64,000 bases of DNA from Vicugna vicugna (taxonomy: Eukaryota). Shown piece by piece: positions 25,301 through 37,030 of this stretch (the stretch's first letter is position 1; the number at the start of each line of letters is the position of its first letter). A program made the position numbers and the translations under genes. The notes under the pieces were generated by a model. The model saw nothing but the letters and a program-made list of their open reading frames with translations. It had not been told where the DNA came from and did not search any database. The DNA is taken from assembly GCA_013265495.1 (NCBI GenBank), contig MU057651.1:1127674-1191673 (forward strand), written 5' to 3'.

Positions 25301-28004
25301 TTCTCTGACTCTTTTTTAGTGTTTGGATTGGCTGTTCACCAAGGCAACTGAAGAGCCTTTTCAAAAATCAGGTGAGTTTGGGGAAGATCTCTTATCTTCT
25401 CCAATATTTTAACTCCCTGCAAATTAAAACAGTCAGGGACCCCCTTGGAAAGAGCATAGAAGCACACCCAGGGCTTCCAAATGAAAGTTCCTACAAGACC
25501 CTCAACAAGGTGCTCCTTTTCAAGGGAAACGTATCCAGGTGTGGTAGCTGCTTTTAAGAAATTTGAGAAGTCATACACAGGTTACACTTCTTGTAAGCGA
25601 CTGTTTGATGGGTGGCATTGCAGTCATGGGTGTGAAACATCTGGTTGTAACCAGAATGCGGGTGATTGGCTCACCCTCCAGGAGGGCAGGTAAATATGGC
25701 TTGGACTCCTGGTCTTGTATCTGGCCCAGACATGCAAATTCCTGTCTGGAAACTTATTCTGCCCTGCCAGAATTCAATAGGTTAATGTCAGCAGCTGGCA
25801 GAGGTCCACCTGTGGTTACAGTGAGTGCCACATGGCGACAGGTAAGGACAGCAGAAAGCTGCCAGAGAAGAGAGCTCAGATTGTCTGAGAGGTAGATGAC
25901 CTGGCTTGCCAGCCAGGAGAGGGAACAGGCCCTGGTCCAGGGCCAATAGTGGAGGTTCAGAGACCAGAACCGGAAGAAGCCTGGACTGGGAAAAGGAGAT
26001 GGCAGCTACCGTTGGTTGAGCACTTACTCGCTCTCCACCAGGCACTGTGCCAGGTCTGGGTAAAGTTCTCTGATTTGATCCCAGCAAGAGCCCCATTTTA
26101 CAGAAAGGGAAACTGCAGCCATAAGGAAAAGACAGATCAAAAGCAGGCATCAGGAGCAGCACAAATACCAAAGCAGCCAGAAGGCACAGGACTTGGAATC
26201 GGTTGCCAAGAGAAATTCAGGAACCTGAATTCTTTATAGTCATGGCACTGGGGATTAGGAGATTTGCATCTAAGCCACCGCCTCTCTTGAGCTGACTCCC
26301 TTAACTGGGCCAGCTGTGCCTGTCACACCTCGAGGTGGCTGGTAAGGGCTGGCTTGGCAAGAACTGGGACCAGAAGAGGGATGGACAGGTGTCTGCAATA
26401 GATTCCTTCGAAGAGGACATTAATGGCCACATGCCATGAAACTCTAGCTAGCACGTTAGTGGGAGAAGTGGATCGGTGAGTTGCACTAGAAAAAACTGGC
26501 ACATGAATTTGAGGTCTGTTTCTACTTCTATAATCAGTGCTCATCATTTCCTTGTTGGCAACTGAGATGTTCTGCCATCATTAATACCTGTTGATAAGTG
26601 CAAATAGGCTAACTTCATTAGCAGAGACCCGTGCTGAAGCATCTGACAACTGCAATCAAAGCATGGGTCCTAGTGAAAGTAACACACAATAGAAATCGCC
26701 ACAGAACTCTGATTCATAAATTGTCTAAATAGTCTCCCCCCACAGACAACATTAGCCCTCGTCTGTTCTCGAGCCAAAACTGTCCTTGGCTCTGCTCAGC
26801 AGTTAGTGAACAAATGACACTGTATTACAGCTTCCTGCCACTAGAGTGTACAACTCCCTCACGCCTGAAGAGCAGGCATCTCTCACCTTCTGCCCACTGT
26901 GTCTACAAGCAGAAAAGTCCAAGTGCATGAAAAGAGTTAGATCCTGCCTGGTCTTTGGAAAGGGCTAGAACACCTTTTAAAGGTGACAGACATCAGAGCG
27001 ATCCGTTGACACTGGTTGGGCTGTGACACGAAGTCACATGGTCAGATGAGAACCTCAAACAAGGACAACACAGTTGCATTCCCAGCTGTGTTAAATGACC
27101 AGCATATCATGATTGCCTTTTCACGCAAATGTCAATGACATAATCCTAACAGGCTCGCAGCTCTCTCACTGGTGTAATAAAACAATGACCCAATTATTTT
27201 GGAGGGCTGAAGCAGCAGATGTGATGAGTGGCTATGCTGTGCAGGGCACTGTGTGTGATGGTCGGGGCACAGTAGGGCAGCAAAGTGTGTGCCGAGGATC
27301 TGAAACTTGCTTCCAAAGCCAAAACTCCTACCATTCATCTGGTCGGAAAAAAAAAAAAAATAAAGCCATTCAGTATGAAAGTTCCCACTTGTTCTCATGA
27401 CGGAGGCCAGTTGGGAAAATGTGGCGCAGCGCTGATTGAAGCAAATTCTGTTTAAAAAACCAGCCGGTTTGTGGGTATTTGTTTATTTATAACTGCCCCC
27501 TGCTCCTCCTCCCCCACACCCTGCCTCGTTCTGCAAAGGATTTGAGATGGGATTGGAACACTGAAAGTTTGTGTAAGTCCTAAACAGGTCCAGCTACTTT
27601 TTAGATTGACGACAAAATGAAACTCTTACAATCCAGTGCCTTGCTCTAGAGACGCTGCCTCGGTTTTCCCAGTCAAAGCCAGTCCCCCTTATATCCCGTG
27701 GGGAGAGGGACCTCTTGCATCAGAACACACCTTGGCTCCAGTGCTACATTTTAATATAAACCAGGGAAATAAACATGAGCCCATAAGCCTGAAGCCTGAG
27801 AATAGAAAGGAACATGGATTCACTCACTGCCTTACTCATTCATTTACTCAACAAATATTGATTGGTACCTGTTCTGGAACAAGCTCTATTCTAGGCACAG
27901 GGGAAGCAAAAATAAAGGAGATAAGAGTCCTTTCACTTGAGAAGCTCCCAGTCTAGTGGGAAGGACAGACGACCAGGGCTGCAGAGGGTATAGATGATTC
28001 GATT

Positions 28005-28232
28005 CATGGCCTCAGACTGCCCTGGGTTCAACTTTTGGCTCTGCCTCTTGCTAGCTGTGTGACCTTGGGCACTTTGCTTACCACCTCAGAACCTCGATTC
28101 CCTCATCTGTAAAATGGGGCTAATAATAGAATTGACATCATCGGGTTATTATGAGGCTTCAATGAGATAATCTGGGTAGCACACTTAGAACAGTTCCTGG
28201 CACACAGTAAGCATCTAGTAAAAAGTTAGCTT
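28005..28232 (+). mobile_element. MIR SINE (similar + strand copies at ~11485, ~12950, ~23020, ~24570, ~30385, ~31640, ~31935, ~33620, ~34205, ~40880, ~42100, ~46685, ~49510, ~53310)
   Basis: ctagctgtgtgaccttgggcactttgcttaccacctcagaacctcgattccctcatctgtaaaatggggctaataatag...cctggcacacagtaagc. Confidence 0.92.
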
Positions 28233-28444
28233 TTTATGTTTTCTATTCCTTTTGTTTGACTTTCCTAAGACTGTGTCTGGTGATGAGACTCCAAGGACTG
28301 GTTTCTAAAACAAAACTGCTTTCAACAAACTCCTCCCTTTAGCCTGATTTTTTTTTCTTATTTGGAATGACACAGTTCTGTCATGATTTTCCCCTCAGCA
28401 ACCATATGTCTGGCACAAACCTCAGGGAGAAAATATTTCCCAGA

Positions 28445-28935
28445 TGGTTTTGTTTATGTCAGCCTACTATGTGCCAAGCACCCGTCTAGATGAGGGAAAC
28501 ACAGTTTGGAGCAATAAAAATAAGGTCCCTGTCCTCCTGGAGTTTACATTCCAGTGGGAAAGACAGACAAGAAACAGACACATAGAAACAAACATAATTA
28601 CCTGGAGAGGTAAGTGCAATTAAGGAAGTATTGCTGATTAAAGGAATATTAGGGAGGGGCAGGAGGGAACTAACTGGAGGTGGTCAGAGAAGGCATATCT
28701 CAGGAGGTGACATTTAAGTGGAGTCTGAAAGGTTAAGGGGAAGCCTCTCGTGTCAAAAGCAAGAGCAAAAGCAGTTCAGGTAGAAGAAGAAACAGCATGC
28801 ACAAAGGCCCTGGGGCAGGAAAAAGACCCTGGGAATGAGCCAGAAATCAAAAGCACTATGTGGCTGAGACATGCAGCCCTGGGAGGGAGGTAAAGCAGGC
28901 AGGATGATGATCTGCATCTTGAATGAGGACATGGA
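28445..28935 (-). mobile_element. L2 LINE 3' fragment (antisense)
   Basis: 'gcctactatgtgccaagc...aggtccctgtcctcctggagtttacattccagtggga...aacagcatgcacaaaggccctggggcagg'. Confidence 0.85.
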
Positions 28936-31305
28936 AAGCCCAGAGAGATGAATGGACTTACCCACAATGCCTTGCACACAGTAGGCACTCCATATGTTGT
29001 AGAATTGTCAGTCAGCAGGGCGGGGCTGAGGCCCTCCGCCTTCCAAATTCGGACTGAGATTTCCCACCACAACTAGGAAGCAGCTACCCAGGAAGACTGA
29101 AACATATAGTCTATTTCGTTGGTGAGTCATAGGCAACGCGCATTAGAGTGTAGGGTCGAGTGGCCCCAGCTGCCGCCTGAGTGTAAGGGGCGGGGGTGGG
29201 CTCAGGCCGCGGCTGAAGCTTTTTAGCATGTTTATGATGAGCTGAAAGCACTCACTGCTTAATTTAAAATACCGCTCACACATACACATACAATTCAGCA
29301 GCTGGGGGAGCTGCCAGGAATTGAGGCTAAGTGTAGAAAATTGGAGGATCAGGACTATCGGGTACCCAGCCCTGTTTCCCAGCTCCCACGGGCTGTCTCT
29401 GACCCCGGACAGTCTCATCTTCCCCAGTAAACTCCCGGAGGTCAAGACACGGATTGGGGCAGCAGCCGTTTGGGGAAGGGAGGCCTCTGCAGAGCCCTTC
29501 GTGCCAGCAACACTAGTGGTTCTACCTGGTCTTCAGCTTGCCAGCCTTCCTCTCCATTCATGCCTGTTAAAGTACCCCCTCAAAGCCCAGACCCACTCTC
29601 CTGGAGAAGCCTCCACTTGCACCCCCCACCTCCCCCCACCCTTCTGTTCCTGGAAATCTGACAGTTGGGAAAGCTCATTTGGCCTTGATCACAAGTTGTC
29701 TGGGCTGGCTGTGGCTTTTTTTGGTGTGTGGATCTTGTTTTCTCCCAGCTCTCAGCACAGGAGTATGTACACAGCGGGAGTCCCCTGTGCCTTGGCTCAT
29801 GGGTTACATGATCGTATCATTTGAAAAGCCTTTTGGATGGAGGACTTGCTTAGTTGAAAAACAAGAACTTCAACTTGACACAATGTGAACACCCTCAGGG
29901 GGATCCAGTTTCCTTCCCATTGCTCCCCTACACCCAGGGTCCCGTGCCCACAAACTGGGTGAACCTACTGCCTTCGCGATCAAAATGCCCCACAATCCAT
30001 CTCTCTGTTCGTAATACCCCTTCTGACCAGGTGCTCTCTCCCAACTCTACCTATCAAACCCCAACTCACCCTTCAAGGTCAAATCCAAGGGCCATTTCTG
30101 CCATGAAACCTTCCCAGGCACAATTCATTGCCTTGTCCCTGAACCCTCATGGTACCCTGAGTCTACCTCTTTTGGCTAGCAGACAGTGGGCTGGAATAAC
30201 TCCCTCGCTTCCGTAAGCAACCTCAGTTTTCTCTTCTGGAAAACAGGATATAACAGCTTGCCTCAAGGGGATGTTAGAAGCTGCCAATAAAATAATATCT
30301 GCAGCCCACTCAGCAGGAGACTTGGTCTAGGGAGTTAGTGAGGGTTGTGGTTAATCACCATCCTCCTCATCTCTGGGAAGCAGGGTGCAGTAATGGTTAA
30401 TAGTGCGTTGGCTTGGGAACCAGACACATCTAGGTTCCAGGTCTGCCTCCATCACTTCCAAACTGTGTGATCTTGGGCTGGTCACTTCCTGCCTGAGACC
30501 CAGTTTCCTTACATGTGAAAGGAAGTAGTAAGTTTCCCTGCCCCATCACAGAACCTGTTGCGAAGTTTCAAAGACAACAGACACCAGGTAAACTGCTCAG
30601 CACGGGACCCATCCCATAAAAATCGCACATTCAGGTCTATACTTCGTTACAAGCTATGAAACTCCTTTAAGGGCACAGACAATATTTGACTTATCTCTGC
30701 ATCTCTCCCTGCCTAGCCTCGCCCAGAACCTCTGCAGCTGGCAGGCCCACAATAAATCATTGTTGAATTGAATGGAAAACCCAAACCAGATGTGCCTCGT
30801 CCCCTGTCAAATGAAGCTTTCAAGCTGGTGGGTTGGGCCTGCTGCCCCTTCACTCCCCCTCCCTCGGAGCTGAGCCGCCGCCATTGTCTCGCTGGGCTCT
30901 GGGGACTCAAGCAGGGTGGCAGGAGGGATCAGAAGTGGGGAGGGCGAGGCAGGCCGAGGTGGGTAGGGAAGTGCATGCTGTCTGCTCTGCTCTTGGTGAC
31001 TGAGCAAACTGCCTTGGAAGGGGTGCTCTCCTGAAGTTTCTGCTGAATGATCAGAGGTCGGTTTGATGCCTGAAGGGACATGTCAAAAGCCCCTCACCCA
31101 TCCAGGGCCTAGCTGTTGAGGGAACCCACCTCTTGCTCCAAACACTGAAAAATGGAAGGAAGTGAAAGTGTCAGGAGAAAGCTCCCTTCTCCTTTGGCAA
31201 AGAGGGGGAAACTGAGCTTCAGAGAGGTTCAGCTCCAAAATCATGAGACTGGGCTTCAAAGCAGAGCATTCAGCTGGCGCCACAGAAAAACTCTCACCCC
31301 TTGGC

Positions 31306-32279
31306 TACTGCGGCAGGATTTCCAAAACTACACATCGCGAGTTAACCCAGAAGAGGCAAAAAAAAAAAAAAAATTGGGAAGCAATTTCCAAGATTCAGAT
31401 GATGAGTACACTGCCTCTGTCGGGTGCTTACGCTTTGCTTCAGAGGGACAGAGGTACGTATTTATCCGTTATGCCCTCAAAACTCCTGGGAAGAGAACAC
31501 ACAGCTTGACTGGGGGGAAATGCTCCAAAAATACAAATCTGTTTTAAAACTACAAAAAGAGGCCAGTGTCTTCAGTGTTTCGGAGCCTGAGCTATGTAGA
31601 CAGGACCCAGGGAATAGTATGCTGTCCAGCACAGGGTCAAGAGGATGAGTCAGACACCAAAACAGGGCTGCCTGGACTGTATTCTGGGTCTGTCACATAC
31701 TAGCCCACCTGACCCCAGGCAAGTGACTTAACTTCTCGGCACCTCTGTTTTGTCATCTGTCACAAGGTGCCAATAATAGTACCTCCTCACATAGTGGTCT
31801 ATGAGAATCTAGTGAGTGAATGTTTGTAAGGCACTTACCACATGCAGGGGTGCACGGTAAACACCATCAAGCTATTTGTTAAATAAAAATAAGCCCGTAC
31901 TTCTGTCCCTCTGTAGCAAGACTAGCCTAGAGGCAGGGTAGCCAAGTGGTTAGCACTTGCCTGCAGAACTAGTTGAACACAGCTTCCAAGCCCAGCCTCA
32001 TGATTTCAGAGTGGAATCTCTTTGAACCTCAGTTCCACCATCTCTAACGTGGGGATACTAACCGTCTCGATTCCAAGGCCATTCCGAGTTTTAAATGAGA
32101 TAGCTCTAAAGTCCTGAACACAGCGCTGGACACCGCGGAGTGAGTAAGCCCCCAACAGAGGCAGCATACTCATCATCTGAATCTTGGAAAGCGCTGCTTC
32201 CTAATTTTATTTTATTTTATTTTATTTGCCTCTTCTGGGTTAACACACGATATGTAGTTTTGGAAATCCTGCCACAGTA
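31306..32279. repeat. Inverted repeat: arm 1 31306-31431, arm 2 32144-32279, 712-bp spacer
   Basis: Reverse complement of arm 2 aligns to arm 1: 48/52 and 43/47 identical in the two flanking blocks, separated by A16 vs (AAAAT)n and a short indel. Confidence 0.97.
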
Positions 32280-33009
32280 AAGGAACGATTTCATCGTTTT
32301 GCCAATGAAATTCCTAAACATTTTATTCGAGAGCCAGAAAAGGGAAATCGTTGGGGTCATTTCTAAGCCACGCGAACATGGGCCATCTATTTCCCCACTC
32401 ATTTAAATCTATCCCCCAAAGTTGCAGAAGTCACTTTGCAGGACAAAAAAAAAAAAGAAGAAGGAATGAGTACTTTACTGACAACAAAAGCCATCTTTGT
32501 TTGCTGCCCAGCTTTGGGAGAAAAAATACCTCAACCCAGGAGTTTGGAAAATTCTTGAAAGTTCTCATTTTATTCCAGCAAATCCAACCAAATTGGCGAG
32601 ACTCCTGGCCATGTGAACCTGAATCAGAATGAGTCCTCTCTACCCACCACCCTCCCCACAGCACCAGAACCCAGCAGGGTACACTGGACATCAATACACA
32701 CTGGTTGTCGACTCCTGCACGAGAGCCCCAGATTCTATTTCTACTGTGTCTGCTACATTGCCAAAACACTCGGAAAGCGCTAGAGAACATTTTGAAAACA
32801 GGAAAAAAAAGCATCCATCAACTCACCACTCTAACAAAACTCTTAATTTTGTGTGGAAAGTTCTCTTCCAGTCTTTATCCACGTGCAGACATATTTTTAC
32901 AGCACTGTAGTCATAGGGAAAAACTGCAGCAGCTTCAGCCAAGAACCAGATACCATAAAGCTCATGTCACTAAACTTTCCAAGTGAGGGCTTTTTCTTCC
33001 CTCATTGAC

Positions 33010-35260
33010 TCCATTCATTCAGTCAGTCAGCCATTCGACAAACATGGATTGAACCGGGTTCTGATGCTACGCCTCGGGGAGTGCGGAGACAGAGATGACA
33101 AAATCACAGTCCCCGCCCTCAAGTAGCTCCCAGTTTAGCAAGAGAAACAGACAAGTCAGAAATTAGAGCGCGCCTGTGATCAATGCATAAATGCTGTGAA
33201 CGCACAGAAGAGAAGCACTGGAGATGGGCTGGTGGCGGGGAGCAGGAGATCGGGTAGACCAGGCAGAACATACACGAAGGCATGACGTTAGGAGAAAACA
33301 AGGTGTCATCAGGTAGCCAAAAATAGTCCAGAATGGTTGGATCCTAGGCAGACGGCAGTGGACACAGCAAGAACGGAAGGAGGGGGGCAAATCATGAAAA
33401 TTAAAGGTTTCGGTTTCATTCTGAAGACCGTAGGGGAGCTTCGGAAAGATTTAATTTAAGCAGGGTAGTGGCACAGTCAGATACACATTCGAGGAAAATT
33501 GCCCCAGCAACAGAATGGAGGGCAGATGGGAAGGATATGAGAGAGGTAATAGGGGGACCATTTAGCAGGCTGTCACAGTCATCGATTAAGATAAGGAGGG
33601 TCCAAACGATTGAGATGGCTTCTCCACTTACACGCTGTGTCACCTTAGTGGGTGACTTAACCTCTCTGTGCCTTAGTCTCCTCTGTAAAGCAAGAATAAC
33701 CATAGCATCTCCCTTCTGGAGCTTCTGGAAGAACTAGATGAGATACTGCATACAAAGCACCTGGCACAGTCGCTGGTACCCAGAAGACACTCAACACATG
33801 TTCCGACCCCTTCCCCTCATTCCCTTGCCTTCCACCTCACCCTTCCTTAGAGGCTGGCACGGTATGCAGCAGGGAAGTGGCCGAGGCAGGATTCTAACTC
33901 AGACAGTCTGACTCCAGAGGGCAGTGGAGAAAGTTTGAAAGTGCTGTTGTCAGGACAGTTACTCAAAAGGATTGTTTAGCCGAGTCGAGGGCCCAGCTGA
34001 GGTTGGAAACTATGACTTCTGAGTGGGACTAATCAACAAAGTGATCGGATTTTCTCCAGCAGTGTTCCTCCATCTGGGTGTAAGCAACGAGGAGGAGGCT
34101 GTCAGTTAAATTTATCCAGGCTTGGGGTTTTGCCTAGTGGATGTGTCAGAAAGACAAGGGGCAAGGGAGCTGAGGATATAGGCAAGATCCTGACATCTAC
34201 ACTCCAGGAGTTAAGCAAACAGACCTGGCTTCAAATCTCATCTCTGTCCTGTACTAGCTGTGGGACTTTGGGTAAGTCACTCAACCTCTCTGAGCCCCAG
34301 TCACCTCATTAAAAAAAAAAAAAGACAATACCTGTCTCGTAAAGTTATTGTGAGAATTACATGGAGTTATTGAAATGATGTTGTAAGATGCTTAGTATGT
34401 GCCTGGCACATACATATTCGTTATTATTTTTATCATCATCATCATTTTCAAGGATGGGGGGAAGGAAGGAAGGTGGGAAGGGCTGACTGGGTGGGAGAAT
34501 GAAGGGGGCTCAAGAGCCTGGAGATCCTCTTGAGGCAAAAGGATGAGCTTTGAGGTCAGTGGGCAGGATATGGATAATGGTGGGTTCTGAGATGAAGCAG
34601 TTCCGACCGATGATGAAGGATGGTACGGCTAGAATGGGAGTGTGTCCTGCACATGGATCATGGATGTCAACTCACCCAGGATGATGTCAGGACTTGGGGT
34701 GGAGAAGAAGACATTGAGCCAGATGTCGAACTCTTCGTTGAATGGGTGAGGGGGGTGGTTTGACCAGGAGGGGTGGCTAAAAAGAAGAGTCGATGAGGAG
34801 AGGAGAGGAGAGAAGAGGGTGCTGTAGCCAGATGGCATCAGAAGGAGGAGTTCTTGGCCGAAGGCGGAGGAGTAACGATCTGGACGCAAACAGGGGAAGC
34901 TAGAGCACAGACCCCACCTCCCAGCCCTAGGGTGTCTATGGTGTGGAGTCTGAGAAGTGTCCACCAGAGGGCGCTGCAGGCAAAGCCGTGAGCTCCTCCG
35001 CGGAGACAGGTTTCAGCGCTTCCAGGCGCGGAGGTAGAGAACGGTGTTCTGCGATGCTTATTTAGAGTGTAGGGGGAATTATTTCCCATGGGGTGGGGTT
35101 TCCAGAGGGTCCAGAGAAGAGCGGGAGGGGGCAGTAGTTGGGAGGTGGGTGAGCCAGGGGTGGTGGGGAACGGGAGCACAGAGCAGAATGGGGACGGTAT
35201 GGGAGAGGACAGATGATGGGCAGGGAGGCTCACGTTTGGGCTGTAGCCAAGGACTGGGGG
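33010..35260 (-). mobile_element. L2 LINE fragments (antisense; ~33010-33600 and ~34440-35260) with intervening MIRs
   Basis: 'cattcattcagtcagtcagccattcgacaaacatggattga' L2 tail; 'gatcatggatgtcaactcacccaggatgatg' reverse L2 endonuclease region. Confidence 0.75.
34958..34976 (+). promoter_or_regulatory. CTCF motif (near-consensus) TGTCCACCAGAGGGCGCTG
   Basis: Matches CCACCAGRGGGCGC core; CpG-retaining surroundings. Confidence 0.7.
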
Positions 35261-35304
35261 ATGTGAGGCTCGGTGGGATTAACTGTCCTCAGACTTCCAA
35301 ATGA

Positions 35305-37030
35305 AGCTTTTTTTCCCTTTACATCTTTTGTTTATTATAAAACTAACACGTGCTTGTTTCAAACAATTCTAACCATTACTGAAGTGAAAATCCACCTCCC
35401 CTATCCCTTTCCCCAGAGGTAACCACTGCTGACAATCTGTCTATCCTTCCAGATTTTTTCCTATGAATAATATATAATATCCTTTACGAAAATCAGATCC
35501 TCTTGTACTAAATTTTCTGCAACTTGCTTCTATCACAATACTGTATTGGAGACATCAATCAGAAAAAAAAGTATCAATACATAAAGATCTAGCTACGTGT
35601 ATCAGTATATATAGATCTAGCTTGCCCTTATTTGTGGCTATATTGTCACTGTCATCATTACAGTAGTAGTAGGGATAGTAATGGATGGCGATTATTGAAT
35701 GGTCTGTACTAGGTACTGTTTAAGTATTTCATATGCCATAGGGATTATCTCATTACTCTTCACAACTTTATGAAGGAGGCATTATTTTACAGATGAGAAA
35801 ATGGAGGCACAGAGAGGTTTAGCAACTTGGGCAAGGTCACACAGCTCACAAGGACTAGAGGAGGAAGTCAAACCCAGGTAGTCTGACCACAGAGTCCAAA
35901 TTCTTCATCATTGGCCTCATGAAGCTTAGTCTGCCATTATTCAAACATGCTATAAATTATTTATAAATTATAAATTATGACACCTGTCCTCCACTGACAT
36001 CATTCAGGTTATTTCCATTTTTTTTTTGCTATTTACAAATAATGTTGAAATAAAGATCCTTATACATGGAGGATTTCAAAAGGATAAACTAAAAGAATAC
36101 TTGCTGGGTCAAATAATATTTCAAGTTGCTCTTCAGAAGTTGTGCTAATACAGATGTGCACTGAAACACATGTGCCTGTTTCACCATATCCTCATCTACA
36201 CTGGGTGTTAGCAACCTTTTAAATTTCTGCCAATCTGAGGCATGAAAAATGACATATCAACCATCTCAACACTGTTTTAATTTGCATTATTCTTACTTAA
36301 TTATAACCAAGATTGTGAACGCTTTTATAGGGCATAAACCTTTTGTGTCCTCTCTGTGAGGTGCCTGTTCATTATTCTTTGACCATTTTCCAATGGACGG
36401 TTCATCATGTTCTCACTGATCTATAGAAGCTCCCTCATTCATTCTTTCAATATGTATTTATCGAGCACCTACTGTGTGCCAGATACTGCCCTCAGACTAG
36501 GGATACAGTGGGGAATAAGCAAAGCCTCAGCTTTCATGAAGCGGACATGTAGGTGGAAGAAGCAGATAATAAGCAAATCACTGAATAATGTAATTGCAGA
36601 TCATGGTGAGTGCTGGAAAGAAAATAGTGCACTTCCCATAATGGAGCTCTTGAAATATTATGAATAATAAGCCTCTGTCTGACTTTGACTTTATCCTGGT
36701 TTGTCCTTAATCTTTCAACGTTGCATGAGATGTCTTTTGCCATAGCCAAGGTGTTCAGTTTTTTTCATGGTCCAATCTGTCATTCTTTTTTCTTTATAGC
36801 TCCTAGGATTTTTTCTTGCTTTGCAAAGACTTCCAATCTCAATATTTAAAAAAAATTCTCTGATGCTTTCTTCCAATCTTTCAAAGGTTTCTCTTTTTAA
36901 AAATCTAAATCTTTGACTAAACTGAGATCTATCTGGGAATAAGGAGGGAGGTGGAGATTTGGCTTTATTTTTTCCCAGTGGCAGGCCAGTTGTCACAATA
37001 AATGCTACCCCGAATTAAATGGTGTGTCCT
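35305..37030 (-). mobile_element. Old L1ME-like fragments (antisense) interrupted by MIR (~35690-35910) and L2 (~36435-36620)
   Basis: 'tttctgccaatctgaggcatgaaaaatgacatatc...ttttaatttgcatt', 'gtgcctgttcattattctttgaccattttc' are reverse L1 ORF2 3' signatures. Confidence 0.75.

Noticed and set aside
34588..34599. TGAGATGAAGCA, 12-nt match to the 5' end of miR-143-3p
   Set aside because: Rest of mature sequence and hairpin absent, lies in L2, and no miR-145 nearby; locus is not miR-143/145
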